Of a stretch of 64,000 nucleotides of DNA, positions 26,109 to 36,706 are shown in pieces. The stretch's first letter is position 1. Every line of letters starts with the position of its first letter. The DNA comes from a virus, in the IMG/VR virus record IMGVR_UViG_3300020190_000008; one strand, 5' to 3'. Position numbers and translations under genes: made by a program. The notes beneath the pieces were generated by a model. It worked only from the letters and a program-made list of their open reading frames with translations, was not told the origin of the DNA and ran no database searches.

Positions 26109-28529
26109 TTAGTATCCTTTTCTTTTTATATTTGTTAAAATTTTAGTTAAAGTAGATTCTGTAAGTTTTAAATTTTTCTTTTTAGTAATTGCTTCACTTA
26201 AATTTTTCTTAACTGTTTTTCTTACTGATTCGTAAACCGCAAAACCTTCTCTATAAAAGTTTTTGTCTATCAAACTTGAATTATTAATTCTAACACCGTT
26301 AACTTCTTCACCTCTTAACAATTTAATAATTTCTTTTAGATTAAGTTTGTTATTAAAAACACCAAAAGGTAACCTATCTGTATCAACTTCTTCAAAATCA
26401 CTTTTTCTTAGCGGACCTTCATCGTCAAAAGCATTTTGTAATTTTTTGGTCGCAAGACACCTTTCAAAATAATCTAATTCATTACTACCTCTAAACTTTC
26501 TTGACGCTGAAAATGCTGCTGTAAGATAGTTAATTAATTTTTCTCTTGGGTTACCAATACATTTTGTTTTTTCAACATTATATTCACCAGTACCCGCTTG
26601 TGTCTGGAAAATTGGTAAGGTTGAGCTAGTTTCCAAAAAGTCACCAAAAGTAAATCTTTTATATTGGGTTTTTGAACCTGCTTTCAATGGGGTTAATTCA
26701 GAATAGTTTTCCTTATTAATTATCATTCCCGCATAATCTTCATCTTCAAAATCTTCTGGGAATTTCAATTTAAACTGTGATAACCCTTCAGTATCCATTA
26801 GTTCGTTATAATCTTCAAACCATTCAGATCTTGCATTATAGTTATCAATTGCATATTGTAAACTTCCAAAACCAGCAACACCTTTTTCTGGTATTTTATT
26901 CATTCTACTAATTCTTGATTTTGGTGGTATAATATCACCATTTTCATCGACAAAACCAAACATTTTTCTTAATTCGTCTTTTCTACTTCCAGTAACAACA
27001 GTTGTACCACCAGATCCTTGACTACTACCAGTACCTTGACTACTACCAGACCCTTGAGTTCCAGAACCTTGACTACCACCTTGATTTTGTGATTCAAAGT
27101 TTCTTTTTTCCCTATCTATTCTTTTACATTCACTTTCAATTTCTTCAATTAAAACCAATAATCTTGCTAACTTGTTTTCAACATATTTAGCATTTGGGTC
27201 ATTTTTTTGTTTATCTAAAATCATAGCTTTTCCATCTGCTAAAATTTTTAAATTCCCTGGTTCACAAACTGTTTTACAATCTACTTTTTTTAATTCATCA
27301 ATTGTCTGTTGTAGTTCTTTCTTACCTTCTGCGTTAACTAATGGAATATTGAAAACTGGAATCTTCATATCCCTCATTCCTTCAATGATTTGTATGGCCT
27401 CGTCTCTTTTTGGGTTTACGTAAGCACATAGTTTGTCATAGTCAATTTCATATTTTTTTCCTTGAATTTGATTACCACTTCCAGATTGATTTCCTTGTTG
27501 TTGATTACCACTTCCAGATTGATTTCCTTGTTGTTGATTAGTTCCAGAACCTCGATTTCCACCACCAGCATTAAAATTCCAATTACTACCAAGAAGACCA
27601 GAAAAATCAATGTTTTGTTCTTTAATATTTCTTCTTTTTGATTCTAAGAAAATATTTTGAGAGTTAGGATCATCTGGTGTCCAAGTTAATTTATAACCAT
27701 TAAGTGCAATAGAACCTCTTTTTGTCATATAACCATAAATTAAATCTGGAAATAAAATAATATAAATATAATCTTCAGAAAATTTAACGTCGCTTTTACT
27801 TGAAATTGGTACGCCATTTCCAATTGATATTATTTTTCCTTCTTGATTTCTTGAACATTCAAATTTTTTAATATAACAACAACTATAAATTGATTTTCCG
27901 TCTTTACTTGAAATGTCGGTTTCTTGTGATAAATATTGTATATACCCATCATAAATTCTACCTGTTCTTTCTAGTTTTTCAAAAAATTTCTTTTGATCTT
28001 CTGGTTTCATTCCTTGTCCACCACTAGTGTTATCACCACCAGTGTTATCACCACCACTTGTTTTACATATTGTAGAAAAATCATCATCAGTAAATGTTGT
28101 TTTTCCAGTTTTTAGTTTAAGAGCTGTTTCTGTTTTTGGACCAAATAAACTATCTTGTTTTGCTCCAATACATCCTTGTACCTTATATATTATACCATTC
28201 GGATTTGGCGCTCCGCTATCTTTACAACCTCTTGAATATGTTGGTCCAGGACAAACACTATAACTAGTACTTGGACTTGGAGGACTTGGAGGACTTGGAG
28301 GACTTGGAGGACTTGGAGGACTTGGAGGACTTGGAGGACTTGGAGGACTTGGAGGACTTGGAGGACTTGGAGGACTTGGTGCTATTTTTCCATCACAATT
28401 ATATTCTTTTGAATATTTTTTTGCGTTATTTGAATTTGCAGCCTTTACTGTGTCATATTCTGACTTATCTTTTGCGTCTCGCCAAGACCCACCAGATTTA
28501 ATACAATATCTAAAATTACCTAAAATCAT
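26109..28529 (-). CDS. large multidomain protein with (SPP)n tract and peptidoglycan-binding-like motif
   Basis: DSLFGPKTETAL; G/Q/S linkers; C-terminal YES/LSE/LTE helices. Confidence 0.7.
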   Translation of the reverse strand: MILGNFRYCIKSGGSWRDAKDKSEYDTVKAANSNNAKKYSKEYNCDGKIAPSPPSPPSPPSPPSPPSPPSPPSPPSPPSPPSPPSPSTSYSVCPGPTYSRGCKDSGAPNPNGIIYKVQGCIGAKQDSLFGPKTETALKLKTGKTTFTDDDFSTICKTSGGDNTGGDNTSGGQGMKPEDQKKFFEKLERTGRIYDGYIQYLSQETDISSKDGKSIYSCCYIKKFECSRNQEGKIISIGNGVPISSKSDVKFSEDYIYIILFPDLIYGYMTKRGSIALNGYKLTWTPDDPNSQNIFLESKRRNIKEQNIDFSGLLGSNWNFNAGGGNRGSGTNQQQGNQSGSGNQQQGNQSGSGNQIQGKKYEIDYDKLCAYVNPKRDEAIQIIEGMRDMKIPVFNIPLVNAEGKKELQQTIDELKKVDCKTVCEPGNLKILADGKAMILDKQKNDPNAKYVENKLARLLVLIEEIESECKRIDREKRNFESQNQGGSQGSGTQGSGSSQGTGSSQGSGGTTVVTGSRKDELRKMFGFVDENGDIIPPKSRISRMNKIPEKGVAGFGSLQYAIDNYNARSEWFEDYNELMDTEGLSQFKLKFPEDFEDEDYAGMIINKENYSELTPLKAGSKTQYKRFTFGDFLETSSTLPIFQTQAGTGEYNVEKTKCIGNPREKLINYLTAAFSASRKFRGSNELDYFERCLATKKLQNAFDDEGPLRKSDFEEVDTDRLPFGVFNNKLNLKEIIKLLRGEEVNGVRINNSSLIDKNFYREGFAVYESVRKTVKKNLSEAITKKKNLKLTESTLTKILTNIKRKGY
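28273..28380. repeat. 9-bp tandem repeat (GGACTTGGA) x12 encoding (Ser-Pro-Pro)n
   Basis: read directly from the sequence. Confidence 0.95.
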
Positions 28530-28553
28530 TTTTTACATTTTTTATTGATTATT

Positions 28554-30035
28554 TTATTCAACTACCCAAGTTTGATTATCAGCGTCAAATTTAACATCTT
28601 TAACAGTACCATCATTAAATTTAAAATAGTATGTTTTTCCATCTGCGTCATATCCAGAATCAATATACTTATATTTATCTTTTACTTCTTTAGTGTCAGC
28701 CCATTTTCTAAAAGATTCGGGGGTATTTTCATAATCGGTATCTAAAACTTCCTCACCTAAATTTAATAGGTAAACTATCCCATCTGGAGCCCAAGTTGCA
28801 ATGGTGAATAAACAATCTGCAAAATCTTTTCCACTATTAATACCTTCAACACCTTCTTGTTTAAAGTCCCATATATTTTTAATAGCACAAACAGCAAAAG
28901 AAATCCCCCCTATCAAAAAATAAATTTTAAAAAATCCTTTTACAATTTTTATTGGTTCAATTTTATTTCCTTTTTTACCAACTTCAGCTGTTTCATTTAA
29001 CCAACTAAAAAACGTTCTTTTAAACCAACCAGGTTTATTAGGGTCACCTTCAACTTTAGCTCTAGCATTTTCTAAATCTTTTATTACTTTTTGTGCCCAT
29101 TCTGCTTGTTCAGCTGTTGTCAGTTTATTAAATGCCGCTTCAGCGGCTTGTGCGTTGTTTGAAAGTCTTTGAATTGCTGCTGTTAAATCTTTTACAACCA
29201 TTTCTTTAGTAACACCTTTTGGGTATTTAATTAAACCATTTGTTTCAAGCTCGTCTAAAATTGAATTCAAACTACTCATAATTGTACTTTCAGATGTTGT
29301 ATCAATATTACTAATTCTATTTGTTAATGCGTCCATCGCGGCATCAATTTCCGCCTGCGTTGGTCCGGTACCTGCTCTTCCACCAACTCCACCAGTACTT
29401 GTTGATTTTCTTACTTCATTTGCATCAAAATCTGCAATTTCTTTCTTTTTATTATTAATTGTATCCAACATTTTTTTACCAGCGTCAGAATTTTTTAAAG
29501 TTGTGTCACTTTCAATAAGTCTTCTGAATTGTTCTAAAATTGATTCTGTTGTACTTTTATTCTGAGCGGTAATTTTTTGTTTTACAACAACTTGTACACT
29601 ACCTGGTAATCCACCTTGACCAGCATTGTTAAACGCGTTTGTAAAATTTACATCTGTCATATAACCACCAACTTTTTCATCTGCAAGTTTTGTTGCAACT
29701 TCTGTCAAATCATCAAAGACACCTGATTTAGCAAAAAATTCTTGCATCATTTCTTTAGTAACAGAACCTGGTGAAATTCCACCATTTTCGTCAGCAACTT
29801 TTTCTACAATTGAATCAAATGTTCTTGTTGGGAAGTCATTTGCAAGTTTTGTTGAGTATGAAAATATATCATCAACTGTTTTTCCTAAAGCTGCCAAATC
29901 ATCCATAATACCACCAGGCATTGCCTCATCTGCTAATTGACGACCAAATTCCAATAATAATTTTTTATTATAACCACTAAAACCCATCATTTCTCTGATT
30001 CTAACTAATTCTTCTATAAGTAAACGTTCTTTCAT
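28554..30035 (-). CDS. leader-bearing protein, paralog of 32298..33887, hydrophobic C-terminal region
   Basis: EELVRIREMMG leader; shared N-terminal domain. Confidence 0.75.
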   Translation of the reverse strand: MKERLLIEELVRIREMMGFSGYNKKLLLEFGRQLADEAMPGGIMDDLAALGKTVDDIFSYSTKLANDFPTRTFDSIVEKVADENGGISPGSVTKEMMQEFFAKSGVFDDLTEVATKLADEKVGGYMTDVNFTNAFNNAGQGGLPGSVQVVVKQKITAQNKSTTESILEQFRRLIESDTTLKNSDAGKKMLDTINNKKKEIADFDANEVRKSTSTGGVGGRAGTGPTQAEIDAAMDALTNRISNIDTTSESTIMSSLNSILDELETNGLIKYPKGVTKEMVVKDLTAAIQRLSNNAQAAEAAFNKLTTAEQAEWAQKVIKDLENARAKVEGDPNKPGWFKRTFFSWLNETAEVGKKGNKIEPIKIVKGFFKIYFLIGGISFAVCAIKNIWDFKQEGVEGINSGKDFADCLFTIATWAPDGIVYLLNLGEEVLDTDYENTPESFRKWADTKEVKDKYKYIDSGYDADGKTYYFKFNDGTVKDVKFDADNQTWVVE

Positions 30036-30086
30036 AACTATAATTTTATAATAAATATGTTAATAATCTAATAAATGAAAAAATTA

Positions 30087-32288
30087 TTAGACTTTTGGCC
30101 AAACTTGTTGACCATTTACAACAATTTTAAACGGATCATTTTCTTTCATTGTTTTAGGAAATACGATAAAACCTTTAACATCGTTTTCTCCTATAAATTC
30201 CTGAGCGTCTTCTGTTTGGGAATAACTTGCACAACAAGGGTCAACAAATTTAAGATTTTTATATCCAAGACCTTCAAGTAATGATGGTAATATATTAGTT
30301 TGTAATTGATTAATTATAATTAGTGTTTGAATAGTTGCAATTTGTTGTTGGGCACTAGTTGATAATAAATATTCCGCAGCTTTTTTTTCTTCTTCTTTTG
30401 CTCGCTTTATTGCTTCTTTATTTAAAAGCTCAGCAATTGTTGTTTTAACTTCATTATCGTACATCGTTTTTAATTCTGGGTTATCAAGAATTTTGTCTAT
30501 TGTTAAATTTGTCACTTCACCAACTTTATCTAACCAACCTAATTTTTGATATAAAGTAGCCATCAATTCAAATTGATAAGCTTGACCAGGATTATTTCCC
30601 AAGTCTTCAAAAGCTTTTGTAACTTTTTCTTCCATTTCTTTAAGTTTTTGCTCTTGTTCGTTTGGAAATTGTTCTTTTATTTTTTTACCTATTTGTTGTA
30701 GGGCAATTGCAACAGGTGCAAAAGTCATAATTCCCCTAGCTAGACTTGCTTTTAATCCTGTTTGTGTAAATAATGATGTAAAAGAAAAAGGCATAGTTAC
30801 TATAGTCGTTGTAATATCTTCAACTGCCTTTTCAATTGGTGTATATCCTAACTGTCTAGCATTTTTTAAAACCTTGTCAGCGTTTTGATTCATGTAATCA
30901 GCAACAGCTTTCCCAAAGTCTTTAGAACCATCGGCTCCTTTTTCACTTATGTTTTTAACCACAGTCATCCCAACTTGAAATATTTCTTTATTTTGTTGAG
31001 ATAAGGTAGCTTCCCATAAATTTCTTTGTGAATCAGACCAAACATTCATAATTGTGTTCCATCCACCATCTACCTTTGCAACTTCATCTAATAAACCTTT
31101 TATTTCAGCTTTACCAAAGCTACCGCTAATACCATTTTTTAACCAATTATGAATTGGTTTTAATTCTGTTAAAAAAGGTATAAAACAAAATATTACCGTG
31201 ATTCCAGCACCAACTTCATCTCCTCGACTTAATTGGTTTTTAATTAATGGGGCCAGAAGTGTCCCTTCCGCTATAATTTCAACAAGTACTACTAGAAGTC
31301 GTGTTCCACCATATGCTACCCCCTGTAAACCACCAACAATTGCAGCAAAAGCACCACCAACCATAGGTGCTAGACTAATTAAAAAGGTAGCAACCCAAGG
31401 TGCGACAATAGCAACAGCTACACCAACAGCAATTTCAATGAAAATACCCCATTTATCCCAGAATGTATCATTAACAGACCTTGTATCAAACATTTCTTTA
31501 TCTGATGGATCCCAAAATTTTGTTCCACCAACTTCTTGATAAGGGGCCAAAGCTTTACCAGTTGGTCCTAATACATTTGTTACTTTGAATTCCCAACCAT
31601 TGTCTGCACCATAACAAGCTTTAGCCGCTTCATAACCAGTCATCGCTTCTTTTTTAGGTCCAGTTTGTCTCATTATTCCCCAAGTTCCAAATAATAGTGC
31701 GTATTTTTTACTTGTTTTTGGATTTTCAAACATATAGGCTAAACCTAAGTTAGCATAAGAATCAAACCATTCTTGTGTTGGTAAACATAGTTTGATTTTT
31801 TTATTACTTACTACTGTAGTGTTATCGGTTTTTTCTTCATCGGATGTAGCATCAATTTCAATATATTTTTGATTTTCAATGGCTTGACCATCTTTATTTG
31901 TGACAGTACCAATTTGTATTTTACTTTTTACGTCCGGTGGTAAGATATCTTCAATTTTTGTTGATGATGTAATATACCAAACCTTTGGGCCTGAACCGTC
32001 CTTTGGCCCCATAATTAAAGTTGGTGGTGAATTAAAACCGTTAATAAATCTACCAGCTTCAGTTGGTTCCATAAATTGAGGAAGACCCAAATCATACGTT
32101 GGGTACCTAACATCATCGGGGTCAGTTCCTTCAACTTCGTTTCCTTTTTCATCGTAAATACCAGTACCAGGACTAGCTTTTGGTACTGCACCAGTTCCAG
32201 TGTCTATAATAAATTCATTAATTATTTTTTTAACACCCATTAGTTCTTGAATTCTTCTAAGTTCTAATAATATTTGTTTTTCCATCAT
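30087..32288 (-). CDS. leader-bearing protein with a long hydrophobic hairpin region
   Basis: LELRRIQELMG leader; IAVGVAVAIVAPWVATFL...GGAFAAIVGG segment. Confidence 0.7.
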   Translation of the reverse strand: MMEKQILLELRRIQELMGVKKIINEFIIDTGTGAVPKASPGTGIYDEKGNEVEGTDPDDVRYPTYDLGLPQFMEPTEAGRFINGFNSPPTLIMGPKDGSGPKVWYITSSTKIEDILPPDVKSKIQIGTVTNKDGQAIENQKYIEIDATSDEEKTDNTTVVSNKKIKLCLPTQEWFDSYANLGLAYMFENPKTSKKYALLFGTWGIMRQTGPKKEAMTGYEAAKACYGADNGWEFKVTNVLGPTGKALAPYQEVGGTKFWDPSDKEMFDTRSVNDTFWDKWGIFIEIAVGVAVAIVAPWVATFLISLAPMVGGAFAAIVGGLQGVAYGGTRLLVVLVEIIAEGTLLAPLIKNQLSRGDEVGAGITVIFCFIPFLTELKPIHNWLKNGISGSFGKAEIKGLLDEVAKVDGGWNTIMNVWSDSQRNLWEATLSQQNKEIFQVGMTVVKNISEKGADGSKDFGKAVADYMNQNADKVLKNARQLGYTPIEKAVEDITTTIVTMPFSFTSLFTQTGLKASLARGIMTFAPVAIALQQIGKKIKEQFPNEQEQKLKEMEEKVTKAFEDLGNNPGQAYQFELMATLYQKLGWLDKVGEVTNLTIDKILDNPELKTMYDNEVKTTIAELLNKEAIKRAKEEEKKAAEYLLSTSAQQQIATIQTLIIINQLQTNILPSLLEGLGYKNLKFVDPCCASYSQTEDAQEFIGENDVKGFIVFPKTMKENDPFKIVVNGQQVWPKV

Positions 32289-32297
32289 ATGATAAAA

Positions 32298-33887
32298 TTA
32301 TTGTTTTTTTGAGTTTATATAGTTATATATATCTTCCAGTTGATCTTCTGGTAATTTTGTTAACCAATCCATAAAAGTATCAGATGTTCCACCTTCGGCT
32401 TGATATAAATCAAAAATTTCTCTATTCATTTTATATAATTCATTTTGTGAACCATTTTGTCTAGCAATTGAGTTATCGCCGGCTTTTAAATCTAAATCCA
32501 TTAAATGTTTTCTAAAATTAGGAATTCCATATTCTTCAAAACCAGCTCTTGATATTTTCATATAATTATTTGTTGCTATTGCGTCATCAATAAATTTATT
32601 ATAATCTTCTACATTTTTAGCATTATTAATAACTGACCAATTTATTTTACTTGTATCACCAACTATTGATTGTAATCTATTTGTTGATGTTGGTGTTACA
32701 TTTGAAGCTATTTTAGAAACTGAACTTGGTGTGGTACCTTCTTTAGATAAACCATTATATCCATTATTTTCTAAATATTTTGCAAAGTCTGTCATATATT
32801 GATTACCACCTTTAGTGTATGCAACACTTTCGGTTGTTTTTATATACCAACCACTTCTTGCAAAACCAGGAATCCAAAACCATTCTCCAGCTTCTTTTCC
32901 TGTTGTTCCAACATTTGAGCCAGATGAAGAATACATTAATGTTTTTTTACCGTTTGGTAACGTAACTTCCATCTGTGTTCTAGATCTTAAAACATCTTGG
33001 AAATTTGTACTTTCGTCGTTTTGTATAAATTTATATGAATTTACTCTACCCCTTTTTATTTCTGAAGGGTTAAATGTTTCTGGTAAATTTTTGAATGTTT
33101 CTTCAGCACTATTTTTAACTACAGAGTATTGATTTGGGTCAGTAACACCACCAACATCTTCTCTTGTCCAATTTTTTTTGAAGTCTTGGAAATCACCTTC
33201 ACCAAAACCATCTTCTTTTTCTGTAACATTTTTTGCAACGTCAACATTTGAGCTTTTCTTAGTTTTATAATCTTCATAATCAAGAATTTCGGCTCTTTTA
33301 TTTCTTATTTTATTTGATAATTCTTTTGCTTCTGGTGTATTTTTTATTTTTATATTTCCATCAAGTAATTTTTCAAATTGGTCTAAAATTTTTTTTGTCG
33401 TATCTTTATTTATATCAGTTATTTTTGTTGCTAAAGTATTTTTTAAATTTTCTGGAAATTCTTCTAAACCTGCTTTTGTAAAAACATCTTGAAAAGAAAC
33501 GTCACTAATTTTTAATGTTGTACTTTCATCTGCAATTTTTGCTGCAACAGTCATAATTTCATCCATAAGCCCTGGTTGTGTTGCTATGAATTTTCTCATC
33601 ATTTCATTGGTAACAGAAGCACTATCAATAGTGTTTTCTTTTGCAACTCTATCAATAATTGAATCAAATGTTTTTGTTGGGAAGTCATTTGCAAGTTTTG
33701 TTGAGTATGAAAATATATCATCAACTGTTTTACCCATTGATGCCAAATCATCCACAATACCACCAGGCATTGACTCATCTGCTAACAACTTTCCTACACC
33801 TTCTGTCAGAAATCTTTTGTTATAACTACTAAAACCCATCATTTCACGGATTCTTAGGATTTCTTCTGAAATTAATTTTTTATTCAT
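32298..33887 (-). CDS. leader-bearing protein, paralog of 28554..30035 with a different C-terminus
   Basis: EEILRIREMMG; identical TVDDIFSYSTKLANDFPT block. Confidence 0.75.
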   Translation of the reverse strand: MNKKLISEEILRIREMMGFSSYNKRFLTEGVGKLLADESMPGGIVDDLASMGKTVDDIFSYSTKLANDFPTKTFDSIIDRVAKENTIDSASVTNEMMRKFIATQPGLMDEIMTVAAKIADESTTLKISDVSFQDVFTKAGLEEFPENLKNTLATKITDINKDTTKKILDQFEKLLDGNIKIKNTPEAKELSNKIRNKRAEILDYEDYKTKKSSNVDVAKNVTEKEDGFGEGDFQDFKKNWTREDVGGVTDPNQYSVVKNSAEETFKNLPETFNPSEIKRGRVNSYKFIQNDESTNFQDVLRSRTQMEVTLPNGKKTLMYSSSGSNVGTTGKEAGEWFWIPGFARSGWYIKTTESVAYTKGGNQYMTDFAKYLENNGYNGLSKEGTTPSSVSKIASNVTPTSTNRLQSIVGDTSKINWSVINNAKNVEDYNKFIDDAIATNNYMKISRAGFEEYGIPNFRKHLMDLDLKAGDNSIARQNGSQNELYKMNREIFDLYQAEGGTSDTFMDWLTKLPEDQLEDIYNYINSKKQ

Positions 33888-33903
33888 TTTTTATAAATAT
33901 TTA

Positions 33904-34851
33904 TTATAACCCTCCTCCACTTAACTGAAATGTTATTTCTTGTGATTTAGATTCAGCATCAGTAGTGTTTGGGGTTGGTAAGATGTTAGACCTATTAAAG
34001 TTACTTTTTTCACCGTTATCAACACCTAAATCTGTAACTTGATTTTCTGTTGTTTTTGCATCAATTGGTTTATTTGTAGACCCCTTTGTTCCGATAATTT
34101 CAAAGTCCTTCAAATCCAGATTTAATACTTTTTCTTTTGGTTTTGGTGTTTGTTTTTTTGGTTGTTGTTGTTTTATATATGTTCTAACAGGTAACCACTT
34201 ATCTGTTGAATAGTTAATATATCCACGTTCTCCAATAATATTATTTGTATTACAACCGTCTTCATAAATTGTTTGCCACCCATCACGCCCCCAACCTTGT
34301 CGTTCTGGTCCCCAGTAACCGCAATAGAAACTTAAATAAAATAAATTTTTTGGTCCTTGTGAAACTAAAAATGGGGCTGCTTTATTTAAAGAACTTAAAT
34401 TTTTTTTACTATCTGAAATACAATTTGTTATTTCTTCATTTTGGAAATATGTGTTTTCGTTTGACCTTGCGTACTTCGATAACGACGCACGACACATGCC
34501 ATATAGGATATGACCTAATGTCCTACTATGGGAACCATAATAATATTTTACAGTTGCATTGGGGTCGTTTTCATTTAAAAAAACCTTTGTTAAGGCATCA
34601 CCAAATGTTTGTTTAACTTCGCCATAAAAGTATAATGGTGATCCTTTTATATCAAATGTTTTTGTAAGTGGTTGACAACCATTAAGTTCTTTTTTACCAG
34701 GAACATCTGGACAATAATCATTTTTGTCAAGAACACCATCACCGTCTCGATCTTGTTCCAAAATAATTTTTCTATTTTCAGACGAAGTTTTTTTAGAATC
34801 ATATTTCATATTCAATAAAATTTTTTCTAATAAAAGGCTCTTGTTATTCAT
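33904..34851 (-). CDS. leader-bearing protein with a TSP3-like Ca-binding motif
   Basis: MNNKSLLLEKILLNMKYDSKKT leader; DRDGDGVLDKNDYCPDVPG..NGC. Confidence 0.7.
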   Translation of the reverse strand: MNNKSLLLEKILLNMKYDSKKTSSENRKIILEQDRDGDGVLDKNDYCPDVPGKKELNGCQPLTKTFDIKGSPLYFYGEVKQTFGDALTKVFLNENDPNATVKYYYGSHSRTLGHILYGMCRASLSKYARSNENTYFQNEEITNCISDSKKNLSSLNKAAPFLVSQGPKNLFYLSFYCGYWGPERQGWGRDGWQTIYEDGCNTNNIIGERGYINYSTDKWLPVRTYIKQQQPKKQTPKPKEKVLNLDLKDFEIIGTKGSTNKPIDAKTTENQVTDLGVDNGEKSNFNRSNILPTPNTTDAESKSQEITFQLSGGGL

Positions 34852-34852
34852 A

Positions 34853-35872
34853 TTATAATCCTCCTCCACTTAACTGAAATGTTATTTCTTTTGCTTTAAA
34901 TTCACTATTAATATTGTTTTTGATTATTCCAACACTTTTACTTTTTGAACCGCTTGATTGTTTAGCTTTTAAACTAACTTTAGCATTGGTACACACACCA
35001 AGTACTTCATCCCAAACATTACCCTTTAATTTACACCATTGTTTTTTTTCTTCCAATGTTTTTCCAGAATCAACAACTCTATCCACCTTTTTTATAACTG
35101 GTTCTGGTTTTTTTGGTGGTATTTCATAAGGGGGTAGGCTAACGTGCCCCCTCCAAATCTTTCCATCCACAACAGGGTAGTAAGTAAAGTCGCCAAATGT
35201 ACAATCATTACCTTCCAATTCCATATAAATTTGATATGTACCATTGTAGTTCTCTGTTTTGAAAGGTTCAATAAAACCTTCTACGTAGTAATATTTTATT
35301 GGATAACCTTGTAAATCAATTTGAAATGGCAAGTTCATTATTAGTGGATTATCCTGTATTTTTCCTTTACAATGACTGGCTCGTTCTTTCTCTAAAATTT
35401 CCAAATTTGTGTGGTAATTTTTTTCACATTCATCATCCCACTTCTTACACTCACCCATATTTTTTGAACATCTATCTTCGTCCCAGTGAAAACTACCTCC
35501 GAATTCCTCACACTTTTTTTTTCTGTAGCTTTTGTAATCTTTATGACCCAACCATGGGTATCTTTCGAGGCAACAATCTGCTATGGAATTTTCAGTTTTA
35601 AATTTCGAAAGTTTATAACCTTCTGTATATTCCCAACTCGAACTACTTAGTTTATATCCAAACTTCTCTAAATTTGCAGACACATTACTCATAATTGTAC
35701 CATATATTATATATTGAACTTTTTTATTTGGGTTATGGGATTTAGGACCATAAAATGTTATTATTTTTGGTTTACTTTCATTAAGAATGATTTTATTTTC
35801 AGACAAAGTTTTTTTAGAATCATATATCATATTCAATAAAATTCTTTCCAATAAAAGGCTCTTGTTATTCAT
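34853..35872 (-). CDS. Cys-rich paralog of 33904..34851
   Basis: same N-terminal leader and same C-terminal EITFQLSGGGL. Confidence 0.7.
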   Translation of the reverse strand: MNNKSLLLERILLNMIYDSKKTLSENKIILNESKPKIITFYGPKSHNPNKKVQYIIYGTIMSNVSANLEKFGYKLSSSSWEYTEGYKLSKFKTENSIADCCLERYPWLGHKDYKSYRKKKCEEFGGSFHWDEDRCSKNMGECKKWDDECEKNYHTNLEILEKERASHCKGKIQDNPLIMNLPFQIDLQGYPIKYYYVEGFIEPFKTENYNGTYQIYMELEGNDCTFGDFTYYPVVDGKIWRGHVSLPPYEIPPKKPEPVIKKVDRVVDSGKTLEEKKQWCKLKGNVWDEVLGVCTNAKVSLKAKQSSGSKSKSVGIIKNNINSEFKAKEITFQLSGGGL

Positions 35873-36114
35873 AATAATGTATTTGCTTTTCCTCTTGTAA
35901 TTTTATATAATGACGACCAAGTAACTTTATCATCAATTGTGTTTGCAACACTTCTTGTTAAACCGGTTTCCCATTTTGTGACAGTTGGGTATGCAGCTCC
36001 AGCTGTTGCACCACCACCTCCAGCGGCAGGTGCGTCTTGTTCGCCTAATTCACCATCAAAATCATTATTAAAGGTATATTTTTCCATTAAACCAATTAAT
36101 TCTTCAAGTTGCAT
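35869..36114 (-). CDS. small hypothetical protein
   Basis: two W..(G/K).TR..AN repeats. Confidence 0.6.
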   Translation of the reverse strand: MQLEELIGLMEKYTFNNDFDGELGEQDAPAAGGGGATAGAAYPTVTKWETGLTRSVANTIDDKVTWSSLYKITRGKANTLL

Positions 36115-36186
36115 AAAATATTTCTTTATAAATAGTTGTATATTTAAAAAAAAGTATTAATTTTGTAGTTATATAAATAATACAAT

Positions 36187-36690
36187 ATGAAAACCATTTT
36201 TAAACTTTTTATTCTTTTAATTTCATTAAGTTCTTGTGTTAAATATACACAACCAAAACTTTTATCTTTAAGTGGTGAATATCGTGTTGATAAAATAACA
36301 TATGAACAAACTGATAATAGTCCATCACCACAATCAATGGTTTTCTATCCAGGTGATTTATACGTGAATCCAAACGATGTATCACCTTTTGATTCAATAC
36401 CAGTTGGTTTTTTTAAATTACATATGGATTATGTACAAATTAGATTTTCACCAAGTCCACAACCAGATGGTTCAACAGTTTGGAATAAAGCTTACTTTTA
36501 TAATGTTGTTGGTGAAACAAATACAGCTTTGGGTAACTTAATTATAGAATTTGAAGGAACAAGAAAGGTTTTTAATATTATTGAAGATGGTGCTGAAACA
36601 TTAGTATTACGTTCAACAGGACAGTGGGCTTACGGTTCATCTGGACCAAATGAATCTATCACACTCTTTTTGACAAGAGTAGGTCCGTAA
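36187..36690 (+). CDS. lipoprotein, lipocalin-like
   Basis: signal peptide with LSSC lipobox; LSGEYRV strand. Confidence 0.65.
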   Translation: MKTIFKLFILLISLSSCVKYTQPKLLSLSGEYRVDKITYEQTDNSPSPQSMVFYPGDLYVNPNDVSPFDSIPVGFFKLHMDYVQIRFSPSPQPDGSTVWNKAYFYNVVGETNTALGNLIIEFEGTRKVFNIIEDGAETLVLRSTGQWAYGSSGPNESITLFLTRVGP

Positions 36691-36706
36691 GAAAATACGG
36701 ACTTTT

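Noticed and set aside
28271-28501. (DLE)n plus-strand ORF; possible CRISPR-like array
   Set aside because: Antisense reading of the 9-bp (SPP)n coding repeat; there are no spacers.
33904-35872. Diversity-generating retroelement TR/VR pair
   Set aside because: Repeats are short coding termini of paralogs, differences are not adenine-specific, and there is no reverse transcriptase in the window.
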